DNA of 64,000 nucleotides from Diplonema japonicum. Lineage: Eukaryota > Protista > Euglenozoa: Diplonemea. The stretch covers positions 124,001 through 188,000 of the forward strand of contig OZ025657.1 of assembly GCA_964019335.1 (NCBI GenBank), read 5' to 3'. The position numbers were made by a program, and so were the translations under genes. The notes under the pieces are model-generated. The model saw only the letters and a program-made list of their open reading frames with translations. It was not told the DNA's origin and ran no database searches. Below, one piece after another: positions 11,806 to 25,137 of the stretch; the stretch's first letter is position 1, and the number at the start of each line of letters is the position of its first letter.

Positions 11806-13947
11806 TCAGGTTGGGCTAACGGCCTCTTCGTCCAGTTGGGAACAAAGAGGAGGACTCGGTGGAGTACGCTGGGAAAGAGGAGACTCGGGAATGCGTTTGC
11901 GTACACTGCCATACGTGCTGAGATGCAAGTCTGGCGGCTGATCGATGTTCATCTCTTTCATCATGTGAAGGAGCAGCTGCTCAACTCGTCTCGATTGGGC
12001 CATATCACCCCGCAGCCTCCTTGGCGACGCAGAGCACGCTGATAGTGCGTCTTCGTTGTCGATCGCCACATCGAGCTCCTTCTTCATCTTGTACCTTGCG
12101 GGCTTCTTCTGAACCCCTACCGTTCCACCCACAACAGCCTTTTAGAGATTTTGATTAAAAAAAAAAAAAAAAAACCATACAATCTTCAACATGTCGACCA
12201 TAGCAGCCGTAGAGTGCGCAGTCCGCTGTGACACAAGGGACGTGATGCTCCCACGTGATCTTGTGTTGCTTGCTGTGTCCGACTCAGTGATGCTATTGCT
12301 GTTGTATTTAACATTATTCGGGGGAAGGGAAAAAAAAAATACGCACCTCGGGTCGAGATCGTCTACGTCTCCTCGAGAGCTTCGCGATGTGGCGCTGAAT
12401 GCGTCGTCTTTCCCGAAGCTGAAGATGCCCAGGTTGTTGGCGCTGAGCCTGCCCTGGTGCCCCATGTTGTCGTCCATCTTGCACGGCATCGACAACCGCG
12501 GGACGACAGGTGTCGTGACTTCGGACTGCTTTCGTTTCATGTTCACCATAGGTTTGTGCTTCCCTACACGTAGCATAGCTGAAAGGCCTTCGTCGGCAGG
12601 CCGCATCAAGTACTGCAGCACCGTGTTCTGTGCCAGGATGTCCGAGGAGTCGGCATGCAGCACATCCAGTACGCTGATGCTCGCCCACGACGTATTGGAC
12701 TGGCGCCGCATCACACGCATGTCGTTGATGGCTTCTTGCAAGTTCAGCCACGCTCTGAACAGCACCTTCTTGTTCCCCGTTGCTGTCTTGCTATGGGAGT
12801 ATGTCTTATGCGGGGGTATGGCCTGGACCCTCCCCACACAGCACAAGGCACGGTAGTAGATCATCGCAAGGCCTACAACGTGGGCAGCCTTCTGCTTCGT
12901 CTGCTGGACACGCTTCACCTCTGCAAGGAACAAGATGATCTGCTTCTGGATGCCGGTCATTGTCAGCTTGTGTTGAACGACAGAGACGAGAATAGCAGTC
13001 ACGATAATGCCGTACAGGGCGGAGAGCATCCCCACAAGCTTCCCCCCAACAGAGGCTGGGGTGTAGTCGCCGTACCCAACAGTGGTGGCTGTCACGAAGG
13101 TGAACCAAAAGGACTGTGCGAGGTTGAGCTCACCGTACTGAGACTCGACGAACCACGTGAGGAAGGAGAGGAGCACAAAACCAGCACCGCTGGTGATGGT
13201 CATGGTCAGGATGGGTGATGAGAAGAGCCGCGTTTTGTAGACGAAGAGAGCGTCCATTTTGATATTGCACAGCGCGCCAACAAGGATGCTGCTGGCGGAG
13301 GATGCGAACGACATGTCGCGCAAGGTGCGCAGCAGCGTGAAGAGCCTCACGAAGACAAACAAGTTGACGGCATCTGGAAGTGTTGAATAAGGAAGCTTGT
13401 GCAGGGAGATGATGACGGCCTCTATGGTGAGTGTCACTAGGTCATACGTGTTGAACGAATCCCTGTGCCACTCGGGCTTCCACAGTGCGGTCCTTCGGTG
13501 GTGTGCTAAATACAACAAGCTCGTGGTCCCAATGTGGAATAGGGTGATGATGGTGAGTGAGAAGGCAAAAAAAGGGTGCGGTGTAAGGTAGTCAAGTGTA
13601 ACAATGAGAAGGGCAGTGACGGAAAATGCGGAGCATGCTGTGGAATAGCGCTTAGCCGCCGCCAACAGAGATACATTTCTCCCGAGGAGATCTAACGGGC
13701 TATTGGTACGGTTGTCGAGGCCTGCTAAGATGTGGGATGAAGTTGTGTAGTACTTTGCTGCCTTAGCTTGTTCTCCCATTGCTTCGAGCTTTTTTAACTG
13801 GTCCGTGCACTCCCGCATGCTTTTTGCTTTGACCTCTTCTGAAATATCGATGGTTATATGGTCTTGCACACTCCGCATTTCCCCTGGTACCCCATCGCAA
13901 AAATTAACCACACCCGGGCTACGATCTGTTTCTGCTAAACTCGACAT
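11806..13947 (-). CDS. 6TM potassium channel, SK/IK (KCNN)-like (3 exons)
   Basis: Pore FWFTFVTATTVGYGDYTP, S4-like FVRLFTLLRTLR, post-S6 KAAHVVGLAMIYYR resembling the SK calmodulin-binding region. Introns 12299-12346 and 12139-12180. Confidence 0.85.
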
Positions 13948-14790
13948 CTTGCTCGTTTTCGTTTCATCTTGATATTGATAAGGGAAAGTGAATCAGTGTA
14001 GAGGGCTGCCTGTTTTTTTTTTTTTTATTATTCTTTTTTTTGGGGGTCATGCGTGAGAGAGAATAAAAAGAGGAGTGGGAGTAATATAAAAAAAAAGAAG
14101 TAAATAAATAAATAAAAATATATAAAAAAAAAAAGATATAGTGGGCAAGAGAGAGGTAGATGGGAAAAAAAAAAAAAAAAAAAAAAAAAAGAAGTAATTA
14201 AAGGGTGTTGTGGGCTAGGCTATTTCTTTTTTTCTTTTTTTTTTTTTACTTCTAGAATAAAAATAAAGTGTGGATGTAAAGAGAAAAAAAAAAAAAAAGG
14301 TCTCGACAAAAAGCCTCAGATAATTATTTCTCAGAAAAGAAAAAAAAATGGTTTTTTCTTTTTTTCCAGAAACACCTTGTTATCCGGAGGCGAAGTTCTT
14401 TTTTTTTTTTTTTTTGAGGGCTTAAAAAGTGCCTGACCTTTTGGCATCCCGGGGGGGTGGGTTTTTTTTTTGGTTTTAATTCTTCTTTACTTCTTTCCAT
14501 TGGTGTAGGGTTTTCATGTTCTTCTTTTTTTTCCTTTGTACTTGATGCAGCAGATCTGCAACAGAAGGGAAAAGGTGTGTGGAGGAGAGGAAGGGAAGGA
14601 AATACCGTAAAATATGTAACAATACTCCCCAAATTTTCTGTTTTTTTCTTTTTTTCTCTTCCCCCCCTTATCTTGTATGTTTTTTTTTTCTTTTAGCGTT
14701 CGGCAGTATTCACAAGAAGAAAAAAAAATGGAGGGTAACAAAAAAAAAATAATGATTCATGTCATGACTCATGTCTTTGTTGTTCGCACG

Positions 14791-14838
14791 AGCAAAAAAA
14801 ACTCAAAGTACAGGACAAGCCCCCCGCTAGAGGGCCGC
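14791..14838. repeat. Dispersed motif (A)nCTCAAAGTRCAGGACAARCC..., copy 1 of 4 (others at ~45603-45650, ~47399-47419, ~47484-47505)
   Basis: Direct sequence identity. Copies 1 and 2 also share the downstream CCCCC..TAGAGGGCCGC. Confidence 0.8.
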
Positions 14839-15330
14839 CCTATGGGGAAAAAAAAAAAAGCTGAACAGTTCTCTTTGCTCGGCACAAGTTGCACAAGGTA
14901 AACAAAATCATATTTTTTTTCTTCTTCTTTTCTTCTAAATGTCTAGTTTTATCCTTTCGAGAAGAGTCGGCTGGTTGTTTGTGCAAGCCGTTTTCACCTA
15001 CAGTAGGGATAAGCGGATAAGCTGCCTCTACTCTTTTTTGCAATAACAATTCTTTTCAAAAATTTGTTTACTTGTTCCAGCGAAAAAAAAAAAAAAAAAA
15101 AAAAGGATAAAACGTTTCATTTTAAGGTTCGCGTTTTTTTTTTTTTTTTCTTTTTCACCAGATAAAAATATTTTTGTAACAAAAATAAAAAAAAAATAAA
15201 AAAAAAAAGCCAATATCAATATCAAAAAAAAAAAAAACCCCCCAAAAAAAAAAAAGAAAAACGCACACAGATTCTTGTTCTCCCACCCCCCCCCCAAAAA
15301 AAAAGCTTCCCCCCTTTATGATTGTGTATA

Positions 15331-16459
15331 TCACAGCAAGGCGGTAACGGCAAGCTCGATATCCCCGTTCATCTGGAGTTTTTTTTTTTTTTCTTTTTTT
15401 TTCTTTTTTTTTTCCTCCCCCAGTTCTTCGACACACCTCTTGCAGCATGCCAATAATCACTTCATCTGGATCGACAATACCAAGTTCCCTCATGTGCGCA
15501 AGCTGAACTGAATAGGGGTTCACGTCCTTCGTCTCCTCCTCCTCCTCCTCCTCCACTTCCTTCGTATCGGTATCATCCTTCAAGTCCTCAGAGTACGTGC
15601 TGTGCGCAAAGCTCCTCACATCACCATCCGACAAGTACGCTTCATAAGAGTACGAGGTGTCCCCCTCGTCGTGGTCATCGTCATCGTCATCATCATCGTC
15701 GTCTTCATCATCATAACAAACTCCTTCTGATAAGTCCGAGTAGGGTGTACCTTCATCATCATCAGCTTTCTGTGCGGTGTTGCACTGCACGTCGCACGTC
15801 CTGACGCCAAGCGTACCAACGGAAATATCAGATGTTTTCACTGCTGTTCCCTCCGTTGCGATGCCTATGCTGATCGTTTCAATGGTCGGGTCGTCCGTTT
15901 GAGCTGAGGAGGATGGGGAGAAGACCTGTTTTTCTTCCGTTACCTCTGCCTCTGTCTCTTCCCTGTTCCTCAGGTATTTAGCTGAGACCAACAGGTACCC
16001 GTCTCTTACCATGACCCATGGTAGGGGAATGCATCCTGCTTCCTCGAGCTTTTGGTGTGCCGGCATGCCAAGCTCATTGTGGAGAAGATGGTCGATGGTG
16101 TCCCACCTGTCTTCGATTGAGATGTTTTCATCAGGAATCGTGAGTTTTGAGGTGGTTTTCTGCTTAGCAAGTCTGAGCTTCACTGCCAGGTTTCTTGCAA
16201 GGAAGCTTCGGACGCATTCCTGCCATTCCAGCGCGCTTGAGATTGTCACAAAGTCGCCCTCCTCATCGACGTAGCCTACCCCTACGTTGCGGCCCACCCA
16301 CCCCTTCACGATGTCTAACATGCTCTCGTACCTTGGGTTCTCCATTCGGACTCTTCTTAGAACGTCCCCTGCAGGGGTTTCATAGCCACCTTTCAGCTTT
16401 ATGGTCAGCGGGTACGTTACCCAACCTTCACTTAGTTCTCCTCTCGCCCATTGGGACAT
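15331..16459 (-). CDS. PB1 - acidic linker - UBA protein (p62/NBR1-like architecture; 2 exons)
   Basis: PB1 OPCA motif YVDEEGDFVTISS. Removing intron 15373-15436 gives C-terminal QLAHMRELGIVDPDEVIIGMLQEMNGDIELAVTALL* (UBA-like). Confidence 0.75.
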
Positions 16460-18956
16460 TTTTCTTTTGTGTGTGTGTGTTTTTTTTTTTTCTTTTTCTT
16501 CTCCTTTTTTTTTTATTTTTTATTTCCCTCGTTGGCAAAATTGCGCGGCTCACTGCAAGCAGCGGTCGATGGGACTCCAGAGCTCAGCGACCTGACGGGA
16601 AGGGAGGTAAACAAGGAGAAAATTGTTGGCTTCAACAAAGGTTTCAAATCGAAAGTACCACTTCCTGAAGGTAGTGTCAAGTCGCTGGAAAACGAAGAAG
16701 CACAAGAGGGACGGAGGCGGGAGCGAATCCCGATACCAACCGACTGTGGAAGTGAGTCTGCTGGTAGAGGAGGACACCACCTAGAAGGTGTCGGCGTGGA
16801 ACTGGCATTGACTTCGAATGGACGACCGGTGGTCATAGGAGGCATGCTCACAGAATCAAGGCGCTCATCGTAAAGATCGCAACCCCTTCCAAGAAAACAT
16901 CATCGCCATAGGAGATAAGACAGCTCTTCTCCAGGAGGCCCATTTTCGCCACCCGACAAGCTGATGGAACAGATAGACCCGATTCTAGCGGGAGTTTTTC
17001 TTTTTTTTTTTGCCAGGGGTTTTCGCCAGAGGGGTTGATGCCCTTTGGACCTATAGCCTCACTTAAGAAAAAGAAATGTCAGAAATGTAGCTGGCTCCCC
17101 CTTGGTACGGTGGCCGTTTGTCTCGGCGGGGTGGACGGCATCGGCGAGAAACACAATATGTTCGGGGCGGGGGAAAAAAATCAATAGCGTAAGAAGGTGG
17201 GGAAGAATACGGGACGAGAAGGGAGAAATATAGAGAAAGGGGGGGGGGGGGGGGGGGGGGGTAAGCAAAGAAAAAAAGGGGGGACAAAAAAAAGAGAAGA
17301 ATGTCCTGAGCTTCTGTCCCAGCAAAGTATAGTCCTGAGATGAATTTTTTGTTGTTTTCTTTTCTTTTACTTCTCTTTTTAAACATCTCCCGTACGTGCC
17401 TTGCTTCACAAAATGAACTTTTCTTCTCTCCTATATTATTCCCCTTTTTCTTTTTTTTTTTTCCCTTGCTTAAGAATCGATTAGTGAAAAACAAGAACAG
17501 CAAGGGGTCATTCTAAGATCTACCCCTGGTTCTTCTAATTTCAAATCTTTTGTTTTTTTTCTCTTTTTTTTTCCATGGTCGGGAGAAGAAAAGAAAAAAA
17601 AAAACACCCCTTTTCGCTCTTTTTTTTTCTTTTTTTTTTGTTTTGACCTTCTTTTTATTTTTATAAAGATGAAAAATTTTTTTAGAAGGTAAAAACCTCA
17701 CAGATATGGTACAGCACCCTACGTATTTCTTTTTTTTTCGTCCCACCCCCCCCCCCTTTTTTTCTTTTGAAAAAAGAAACTCCCGTTCATCCCCCCCCCC
17801 CCCCCCCCCCCCAGGGCAATGTTGGCAGGTAAACGTGTTGCCGAGCCTTCCTTTGAAAATAAGGAAACAGAAACGTTTCCGTATTTTGGAGCCGCTCCCT
17901 AAATATTTGAAAAATAAGAAAACGGAAACGGAAACGTTTCCCCGTTATTCTACCAACATAGCCGCCGCCGCCGCCCCCCCCTCCCCGTTATGTTTTTTTT
18001 TTTTTCTTTTTTTCTCGTTTTAAGAGCCTCTTTATAGCCTCATTTTTTTTTCCCCCAGCTTTTCTTTTTTTTTTTTCAAATTCAGATTTTTCTTGCCTTG
18101 CAATTCTGCTCCCCTTTTTTTCTCTTTTTTTCTTTCTAGCTCCTCTTTTCAGTTCAAGAAATGAGGAAAAAAAAAAATAAACGTGGTAAAAAAAATAGGA
18201 GAGCGGTACGGGGAAAAATAAAAAGGAGGGGAGAAGGAGACACATCAGCAGGAACTTTATTCTTGTTTTACAGAAGGGATGAGAAGATAAAGATGGGAAG
18301 AAAAAAAGGAGCAATCGGCTAGGCGTTCTTGCAATGTCCCCCCCCCCCCCCCCCCCCCCGGAGCATTCTGCCGGGGAAAAAAGTACCTGAAAAACTGGCC
18401 CCAGTTCGTACTCGCATAATGCACTACTTGTCGCCAATTTAGCAGAGATGAACCCTCGTTTCTTTTCTTTTCTCGCGAGGAAAAAAAAGGGGGGGGGAAG
18501 ATCGAACAGGTGTTTCTATAATATTTTTTTTTTTTGCTATTCTAGAATAAAAAGTAAAGAATAAAGTCCCCCCCCCCCCCCCGACCCTCCCTACTCTTGT
18601 ACAACACGCATCAAATAAAAGAGATGAACCAAAGGAGGATCCTGTTTTGGAACGTCCCCTTGTCTCTCAAAAAAATGAAAGAAAGAAAAAAAAAAGGAGA
18701 GAGAAGAAAAAAAAAAAAGAAACCATATTAATGAAAGACCCCACCCGAGAGGAAGAAGAAAAAGAGAAAAAAAAAAAGAGAAAACAAGTTCGGAATTTGT
18801 AGGAGTAGTGGGGGGGGGTTTTTTTTTGAACAGAAGCACTTTTTTTTGTTTCCTATTGAACAAGGTATGGTATAACAACAAAATGTAGAAAGAGAAGAAG
18901 AAGAAGAAAAAAAAGAAAAACTTACAACGAGGAATATACCCCCCCCCCCCCCCCTC

Positions 18957-21900
18957 TCACTCTTTAAATGCAGTATAGTTATCCGACACACCACTGCTCC
19001 CCAAACTGATCGAAGAAGGCAAACAGTTGGTAAAGCTGGGAACAAGCGCAGGGGTGAGGGCAGGGGTTGTAGCTGGGGTCTGCACAGCATTTGACTGTTC
19101 TCCATCGACTGTAATGATCGCATTGATGAGATCTTGATCCTGTTTTTTTTTTTTCTTCTTTTTTTTTTTTTTGCAACACACCCCAACCAACGTATCAAAA
19201 AGGGCGAATGCCGACGGCCCCCCGTTTGGCAAGTGGCACACATAAGCATTGTCAGTGAAGTACTTAGCTATTGTTGCACTGTACTTCCCCGACTCGATCA
19301 CCTCCAACAACGGAGGAAACGCGGCAGAGAATCCAAGCACCCTCAACCTCTCCCGCACGTCTGCCAGCACCCTCTTCTTCGTCAGCGTCACGTTCGGGTG
19401 ATTCGTCACGAAGTTTGCGAACCCTTCAAAACACTGCCCGATAACAAGCGACTGCTGCTGCTGCAGCAACAAATAGTGCTGTACGTTCAAAGACTGCGGG
19501 TTTTTCGCCCTCGTGAATGGGATGAAGTTCGCAAGTGGGTTCACCTTCCACACGTAATAAGCACACGCGAACTCTTCCCACTTTGTGGAACGGAAGTACA
19601 CCGCTTGCCACGGGAAATTGTCAGCCGAAGGGAACTTCGGTTTAAGATGAACATTAGCCAGGGACAGCACCATTGCGAGCTTCTCCGTCGGCTTCAAATC
19701 GATCTGGAACTGTTCCTTCCTGATGGACGACACGGTAGGGCGTTCACACTCGGGCACGAGCGAGAAGCTGACCCGCATGCCTTCCGTGAGGACTTCGTCG
19801 CGCATGCTGCTTGTCGGGGAGCACAGTCCCTCCACTGTCAGGGCCTTCGGTGCGAATGCCAGCTTCCCTAAGTCGTCTGATTCGATCAGGAAGCCGTACT
19901 CTTTCACACCGTCATGTTCGCTGGAGAATAGTTTCTTCACCGTCCCCTTGTGCTCGTACTCGTACTCCTCGTCCGTCTCGAACATGATCTCCAGCTTGTT
20001 CTTCAGCAAGTTCTGTTCCGACACGCAATGGGACCACAGCTTGTGCATTGCCTCCCATTTTACAAATGAGATTCCTGTCACCTGGCTCGACAGTTTGCTT
20101 GGAGGCTCGCCCTCCCCCGCCCAGACATCCTCCCTCCACCTCTTGTAGTCCCCCACTGCCTCCGTGTGGTAATAGGCAGCAGCCATCGCTAGGTAGTAAT
20201 ACCGCCTGAAATAGTTCCTGAACTTTGTCCACAGCTTCTGCTTGTGGAGACCTTCTGACGGTGCTTCTTTGCATTTCTCGTACACCTCGTCTACGCAGAA
20301 CCGCAGGTTCTGGATGTGTGCACATGAGTTGATGGTGTCGTAGAAGTGTTGCTGCGCTCCCTCTGGTATCTTGAACCTCTTAAACAAACGCTTCACGCAG
20401 TTCCACCGCTCAGGCTCGAACGCTGCCGACTCCATTGGCGAATGTTCCAGCTGGATGGACCTCGGACGGACAAACATGGCAGGGGTGTCTGACGGGGTGT
20501 CGGCATCGCCTTTTTCTTCAAAAGGCGCAGAAAGGGTTATCGTAGGCGGGAAGAGGAACAGCAACGACAGGAGCATCGCGGTGGTGGTGCGCCCCCTGCC
20601 CAATTGGCAGTTGAAAATCAACGGGCAGCCTTTGGAATAATTGTCAGCCTCTGACTTGCAGTGCACCTCCCAAAGCTTTTTGGTAAGGCAGTCCAGATCT
20701 TCAAGTTTCGGTGGTTTCTCGTCTGTTATGGGAAGGCGTAAATATTCCAAATTAAACTCTTCCTGCTTCAGCTTGCCTACGATTTGCGGCACTGTCATCA
20801 CACTCTCGCCATCGTCCATAGACTCATAATAGGCGTAGATCTCCCCGCATGCGGCAAGTTCCGCTCCCTCTGCTTTCTCTTCATGGTGTACCAGGAACTT
20901 TTTTGAGTTTGCCCTGGCCTCCTCCATAATCGCAGACTTCAGTCCCACCTCTTGCTTCGCTACTCTATCGCTTGTCGAGAATGGGAATTCCGTGTTGTGG
21001 TACAGATCTTGCAAGTTTTTAAGGCAAAACGGTTTCTGGTTGATGTACATGACACGTTCTTCGCGCAGGTTCACACACAGTATTGTGGTGGGCCTTAATT
21101 GCTTGTTCCCGTTCAGTACCCTCATGAACACACGCCGCCACCCATCGAGCGTTGGCTGCGCCACACCGTAGAATGCGTGAGTCTTCCCAGTGCCGTAGGG
21201 GTCGGGGCCGACGGCTACTTGACGGAAGTTCGGCGCGCCCGGTATGTTCTCATGCAGCCCTGCTTTCTTCCCTGAGGGGAAGTGGTCGTGCTTCATGGTC
21301 GTCCCCTTTCTCAACCATTTCCCTTTCCTTGCGCACAGCACAATGTCCGCCTCATCTTTCTTCACAACCTGCACTACCTCCTCCCGCCCGATGCCGTCCA
21401 ACGCTGTCACCTGTGCCCTCCCGCCGTCGCCTGTTATCACTAAGTCCCTCAGCCTCTTGTAACATTGCGCACTGTCAGATGTGTCGAGGACAAGGTCAAA
21501 GTAGAAAGGCATGTCGCGTGCCTCAGCGAGCTCTTCCTGAAGGACTGCTACTCGCTTGTTGATTTCCTCTTGTGATATGCTCTTCTCGGACTCTATCCAC
21601 CTCTCGATCGTGGTGTCCACTGTCTGGTGCAGCAAGATGAACCTTGCACCGATCTGCACGGAGTGGATGGACAATGCACCCGAGACGTTCACCTTGATGA
21701 CTACCTTCTTGCCCTTCTTTATGACCTTTTGCAGTTCTTGCCGTGTCACGCCGTAGAAGTACCCCCCGACCTTCGCGCACTCGAGGAACTCGTCGCTGTT
21801 CCACATTTGCTGGAACGCCTTCTTCGTGACGAAGTGGTAGTGCTCGCCTTCCTTCTCGTCCGGTCTCCGCTCCCTGGTGGTGTGTGATACGGCGATCGCA

Positions 21901-22325
21901 ATCGTGTCCTTGTTCTCCTCGCGTAGTTTGTTCGTGAACCTGCTTCCGCCAATCCCCAGAGGTTCGACCACAATGGTCACGCCATTCAAAGGCTGTGCCC
22001 TGCGAACCTGTTCGTGGGTATCACGGCTGTGAAAAGGTCATACCTCGGATCCCAGCTGCAGAACATGCTTCTTCGCAGTCTCTTCGTCCAGCTTCTCACC
22101 TGTCAGTATGAAGGTCTTGACCCTTTGGTATGTCACTTCGATCTCCGCATTCTCGATCTCGAACAAGTACTGCGCCTCCTTCTCGCGCAGCTGCTGCAGG
22201 AAGATGTCGACGTCCTCGTGCCTCTTGGGTATCGTGAAGTTCAAGTTGTCTATGTTTCGCATAATGCTGGTGCGCTGCAGACGTGCCATGAGTTCCTCGT
22301 CGTCTGGGGCTCTGATATAGATGTA

Positions 22326-22361
<36 letters not shown>

Positions 22362-22957
22362 GTTGTTTCCCCGCTCACAACATACCTTAGCTCTTCCCCT
22401 TCATCAGGGATGAGGCACTCAAGGGCTTCCTGGTCAATGTTAATGATAGGTATGAGTCCTCTGGCTTGAATGTCCCGTACGTCTCTCCGTTTTATACTGT
22501 AGATGATGCCACGCTGTGTTTTGTAAAGCTCGTAGAGTGCCTTTTGTTGGGACAGGTTGTCGAGCTCTGTGGGGGAGAGGTACTCGTGGTTCCCGACGTG
22601 CTGCTTCTGCCGTCGGAGTTTAAGGTTTGAGTATGTGACGTAGGTGGGGACAATCCCGACAGCAGTGTTGCAGTCGGATTGAACACGGTGGGCTAGAGCT
22701 GTCTTGCCAACCCCCATGGCACCGCAGAGAACAACCGGATGCAGAGACAGCTCGTTCCGTCCATTGATCGTAGTGGTGAAGGCTGCTTCTTCTATTTGCT
22801 TTGTTGCTGAAGACGGTTTCGGCTGCGTTGCTGCCGGCAACTGCTGCACACCAGTTGGCCCTGGGCCAAAAAACTGCCCCCCCCTTGGTGGTGTCGCGCC
22901 CTGCAGAACAGGCGGCTGGGGGCTCGGGGGCACGAATTCTACGCTGCACCCTGCCAT
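18957..22957 (-). CDS. Fusion: two guanylate-kinase-like domains + paladin/PTP-like phytase (CX5R) domain + OB/cold-shock-like domain (4 exons)
   Basis: GK1 VVLCGAMGVGKT; GK2 VSHTTRERRPDEKEGEHYHFV...FYGVT; GAPNFRQV, VNLREE, RLPITDEKPP, IFNCQLGRGRTT; HKGTVKK...YGFLI...EGMRVSF. Introns 22327-22385, 22008-22043, 19140-19181. Start codon uncertain. Confidence 0.8.
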
Positions 22958-23703
22958 TGGGTCATCTCCTAATTCCTCTCTTTTTTGAACTATCTCTTTT
23001 TCTTTCCTCTCTGATGTGAATATCAAGGTAGCTGGAAATAGTGGCAAAAGAGAAAAAGCAGAAATATATACGAGTTAAAGGAGGAGTAAGGCCCCGTTTG
23101 CTGCCCCGTTCAGAAGAGCAGGTGCAGACTGGAAACACAGAGAAATAGAAAATGTAATGCAGAATAAGAATAGAATGCTATGAGTTTGAAGGGGAGAAGG
23201 TCATTTGCGCGGCTGTTAAAAAAAAAGAGGGGGGAAGAAAGAAGAAAGAAAGCAAATCACAATGATGGAGGGGAGAAGTCCTTCAGCAAATGATGGGTGA
23301 CACCACGGGTGTGGTATTCTTCTTTCGGTGGTCTTTCCATCAGTGAGTGAAGACAGCCTCCTCCCCCACAAAAAAAGGGCACGTGAAAATAAAGAACCAA
23401 ATGAGCAATTCCAACCTAAAAGAGGGGGGGGGGGCAGAAAGAAGGGAAAAGAAAAAACAAAAAGATAAAGATCACCCTACCTTTTTTTTTCTTTTTTTTC
23501 TTCTTCCTTCCTTCCCAATCCCCTTTGGTTTCGTTTTACAGATTATATAATATGACATAAAATAGAGTACACAAACACATAATAGAAGGGGAGGGGAGGG
23601 GGAAAGAGGAACCGGTTGTTTATTTTTCATGCGTGCCTCATATGCATGGTTGTTTCGCTGTTCTGGAAGAAAAAAAAAAAAAAACCAAAAAAATAGTCAT
23701 GAA

Positions 23704-24444
23704 TCAACAGTCCAATCTGAAAACATGAGTGCTGTCGTTACAGATGTTGTCGTAGTTGATGTTATTGTTGTTATTGTTGTTGTTGTTGTTGTTGTTGCTC
23801 TCGCTGCCGGCCTCTTGGCGCGGGCGGCTCACCAAGGGGCTGGACCGAACCGAGAGTGTTACACTTTTACCGTATTCAGCGCCATAGCGCTTTATTTTGT
23901 CCCGAAGGGACTTTGTAGCGCTTTTATACTCTTCAAATGACTCGTAAGTACACCCACTAGGGGTGAACCTGACATACTCTGTAGGCTGGGGTGGGGACAC
24001 TGCTTTAAGCTTCCCCCGTGGCTGCCACTTCATTTTCCCTTTCGATTTCGCAGGCGGGGACGCGGGACATCCTTGTGATTCAGGTGCCAAAGGGAGCAGA
24101 ATTACGCATAGTTTGAGGTCTCGCAATTTCTTTTTCGTGAGCACCGGCATCGTTTGCGCTCTGTAGGGCTGACTTTACTGTCGTCTTTATACCTCTTCCT
24201 TGTTTGGGATAGGAACGCTGGCTTGGCGGTTGCTTTCTCTCCGGGGTCCCCCAGTGAGCATCTCCGCTTTGGGATCAAGACTGGCGAGCCTGTTTGGAAG
24301 AGAGAAAAAAAGTGTGGGATAGTTGTATTTTCCCCCCCAATCTATACAAAGGTCAGGGGTTGCTGGAGATAGGTGCACAGGGTCCACATGTCCCTTTTCA
24401 AGATTTCGAGGCACCGTCTGTGCTTGCAAGCTGCAGTTTAACAT
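23704..24444 (-). CDS. Hypothetical low-complexity protein with poly-Asn tract (3 exons)
   Basis: Introns 24290-24347 and 24161-24192 join MLNCSLQ... in frame to MPVLTKK...NNNNN. Confidence 0.55.
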
Positions 24445-25137
24445 TTTTTTTTCTTTTTTTTTAATGTAAATGTTCTAGCTGTTTTTTTTTTCTTTTTTTT
24501 TTCTTTCTTTCCTTCCCCGAAGGGCTGAATGTGGGAGGAAAAAAAAAATGGAGGAATATAAAAGGAGAGAAAGAAAGTAAAAAAAATAATAAAAAGAAAT
24601 AAATGATCACCACTTTAAATGAGAAAAAAAAAAAAAAAAACGAAAGAAAGGAAAAATGAATAGAGAAAGAAAGAAAAAAAAAAACATCAATAAGTCAAGT
24701 GGATGAGGGGAGGGAAAATAATGTCTTTTCTTTTGAACAAAAAAAGAGGGAATTTGCGAAGATGTGCCTCCCCCCCCCCCCCCCCCCCACCCTCTTCTCG
24801 TCTTATATTTGGAACTGGATTTTCTTTTTTGTGACGAAAGTTTTCTTTTTCGAAAAGAAAAAAATGAACAAAAAGTTGCTATGTCGGGTTAGATTACTGA
24901 AGCTCTCATGTCAAAAAAAAACTCTTATCACAGGGAGGGAGGGGGAGGGGTAGGTAGGAGAGCGTTGTACAAAGAAAGCTTTTTTGTTAAATATATTTTT
25001 TTTCCGCCCTATCCCCCCTTTTTTTCTCCTTTTTTTTTTCTTCTTCTTTTACTTCACCCCCTCCGTAGACCCCTCCCACTCCAAAAAAGAAAAAAAAAAC
25101 TGAGGGGGGAAAAAAAAAAGGAATATTCCCATGGTAT

